A stretch of 64,000 nucleotides of DNA. Source: Eledone cirrhosa. Lineage: Eukaryota. Below the pieces are notes generated by a model. It was given only the letters and a program-made list of their open reading frames with translations. It ran no database searches and was not told the DNA's origin. This document shows, piece by piece, positions 62,643 to 64,000 of this stretch. The first letter of the stretch is position 1; each line of letters starts with the position of its first letter. Location: contig OZ024740.1 in NCBI GenBank assembly GCA_964016885.1, positions 224,316,001 through 224,380,000 of the forward strand. Reading direction: 5' to 3'. Both the position numbers and the translations under genes were made by a program.

Positions 62643-63248
62643 AGGTCACCAGTTGGTGCTACTGGTAACATGTATCCCAGTACAACCTGTCTCATGGTCG
62701 GGTCGTTGGCGACTAAACTGGCAACCCCACCAAGGTTTCTTGGTGAGGAGGGTGACTTTGGACATCCTGCAGGACTAAAAACAAAACCTGTCAAAGGGCA
62801 AGGGAACTCTTAAGTGTCAATAGCCATCCAAAATCACTGGGAGAGATGACCCCTTAGCCTTTGTCAAGGCAGAATTCTAGGAGAAGGAAAACTCTGATAT
62901 AATACCTGCAACCCTGATGATATCCAATGATGTTGACTTGTTCTTCTTTTTGGTAAATATCATCTTGGTTAAGAGAGTGGGACTGGCTTTGTGCAGTGCC
63001 TTTGCTCACTATAAAAGCTTCACGGCGCAGGCATTGCTTTATATCTGGAGATCTCTCTGCACTTGTCGTCACATGGTACCATGGGCCCAGCACTATATGT
63101 CAATAATTGTCACAGGTGTGGTGTTTCTATCAGAGTTTTCAAGTTGCTGGCTGGACTAAAAAGTCACACTCGTTCAGTGCAGCGGTAGGGGTTCTCCTAC
63201 ATGGATATAAAGTAGTGGCCGTACTCGAAAACGAGTTGGCAGCCACCA
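62639..63248 (+). mobile_element. ~610-bp non-coding element, copy 3 (inverted relative to copies 1 and 2)
   Basis: Reverse complement of 58986-59594. (TA)n on both sides. Confidence 0.9.
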
Positions 63249-63329
63249 TATATATATATCCAGGAAGCTCCAACCGTTAAGGTTGTCTTTTTTCCGGGTA
63301 TGTCAATATTTATTTATAAAACAAATCTG

Positions 63330-63395
63330 TATTTTATCTGATGAAAGCGCATCATAATTTACCTTGGTTGCCCTTGAAATATATATAATAAAATA
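63330..63395 (+). ncRNA. Minimal type I hammerhead ribozyme, copy D, within a solo Penelope-type terminus (63255-63438)
   Basis: tattttat-CTGATGA-aagcgcatca...tggttgccctt-GAAA-tatata-TA-ataaaata. Perfect 8-bp helix I. Predicted cleavage after 63387. Confidence 0.8.
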
Positions 63396-63434
63396 AAATA
63401 TGATTTTATAAATATAGTTTCCATTTATTAAAAT

Positions 63435-63519
<85 letters not shown>

Positions 63520-63615
63520 TTGAGGTTGGTAATGGCACATGGAATATATAAGAGACAGAATACTTTTTTTGTGAAAAAACATAATTTTATAAGGTAAGGA
63601 AATAATAAAGGGTAT

Positions 63616-63667
63616 AAAAAATGACCGGTTTCGATGGGTCTGCAAAAGCCATCTTTTCAAATGTTGA
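63616..63667 (-). ncRNA. Degenerate hammerhead-like motif of a second type
   Basis: Minus strand reads TTGAAAA-gatgg...ccatc-GAAA-ccgg-TC. Helix II and palindromic helix III are present; the core deviates from CTGANGA. Confidence 0.45.
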
Positions 63668-64000
63668 TTAATATTAAGAAAAATTAATAATACGAAGAGT
63701 TAAAACTTGAGATTTGAAAATTCAAGTATAAAATTCATTGTGGGATTTCATAGCAGTTTTCATCTAGGTAGCAACAACAGGTTGACTGCTGTGTCCCTTT
63801 CTGGTAGTGAATGAGAAGTTATTTGGGGTGTGGGTTATTTTATAAAGGTCAGATTTAGCAATCGTCAACTGGCCAGCTGCTGGTCAGTGAGGGGGTGGAA
63901 GCAATATACATACACATATCTTCCTGTGGTGGGTAGGAGAGTGGAGCGTGATAGAAAGGGATTTAGTGCACTTACACCTATATATACACACATACCTTCA

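Noticed and set aside
62640-62730. Canonical HDV-like ribozyme at the head of the 610-bp element
   Set aside because: A P4-like hairpin, CUAA and a P2-like pairing exist, but no consistent P1/P3/L3 could be built by eye.

Overview
AT-rich eukaryotic (animal) genomic DNA, intronic or intergenic, made mostly of transposable elements and microsatellites. The repeat types suggest a mollusc, probably an octopus, but this is inference only. No host protein-coding gene, tRNA or rRNA gene can be supported, and most short ORFs in the track are microsatellite or antisense artefacts. Recognisable contents: several RTE-clade LINE fragments and a tRNA-derived SINE sharing their 3' tail; three Penelope-like (Naiad-type GIY-YIG) fragments; a family of minimal type I hammerhead ribozymes (4 copies plus 1 degenerate second type); a frameshifted Helitron Rep/Pif1 region; three copies of a ~610-bp non-coding TA-flanked element; and several long inverted repeats. 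The most striking feature is a ~13.5-kb array (35.6-49.1 kb) of eight retroelement copies: two R4/Dong-like families, a Tx1-like LINE and a SINE. Every junction in the array is an (ATT)n tract, and orientation is fixed for each family. Coordinates were read by eye and ends of degenerate elements are approximate.
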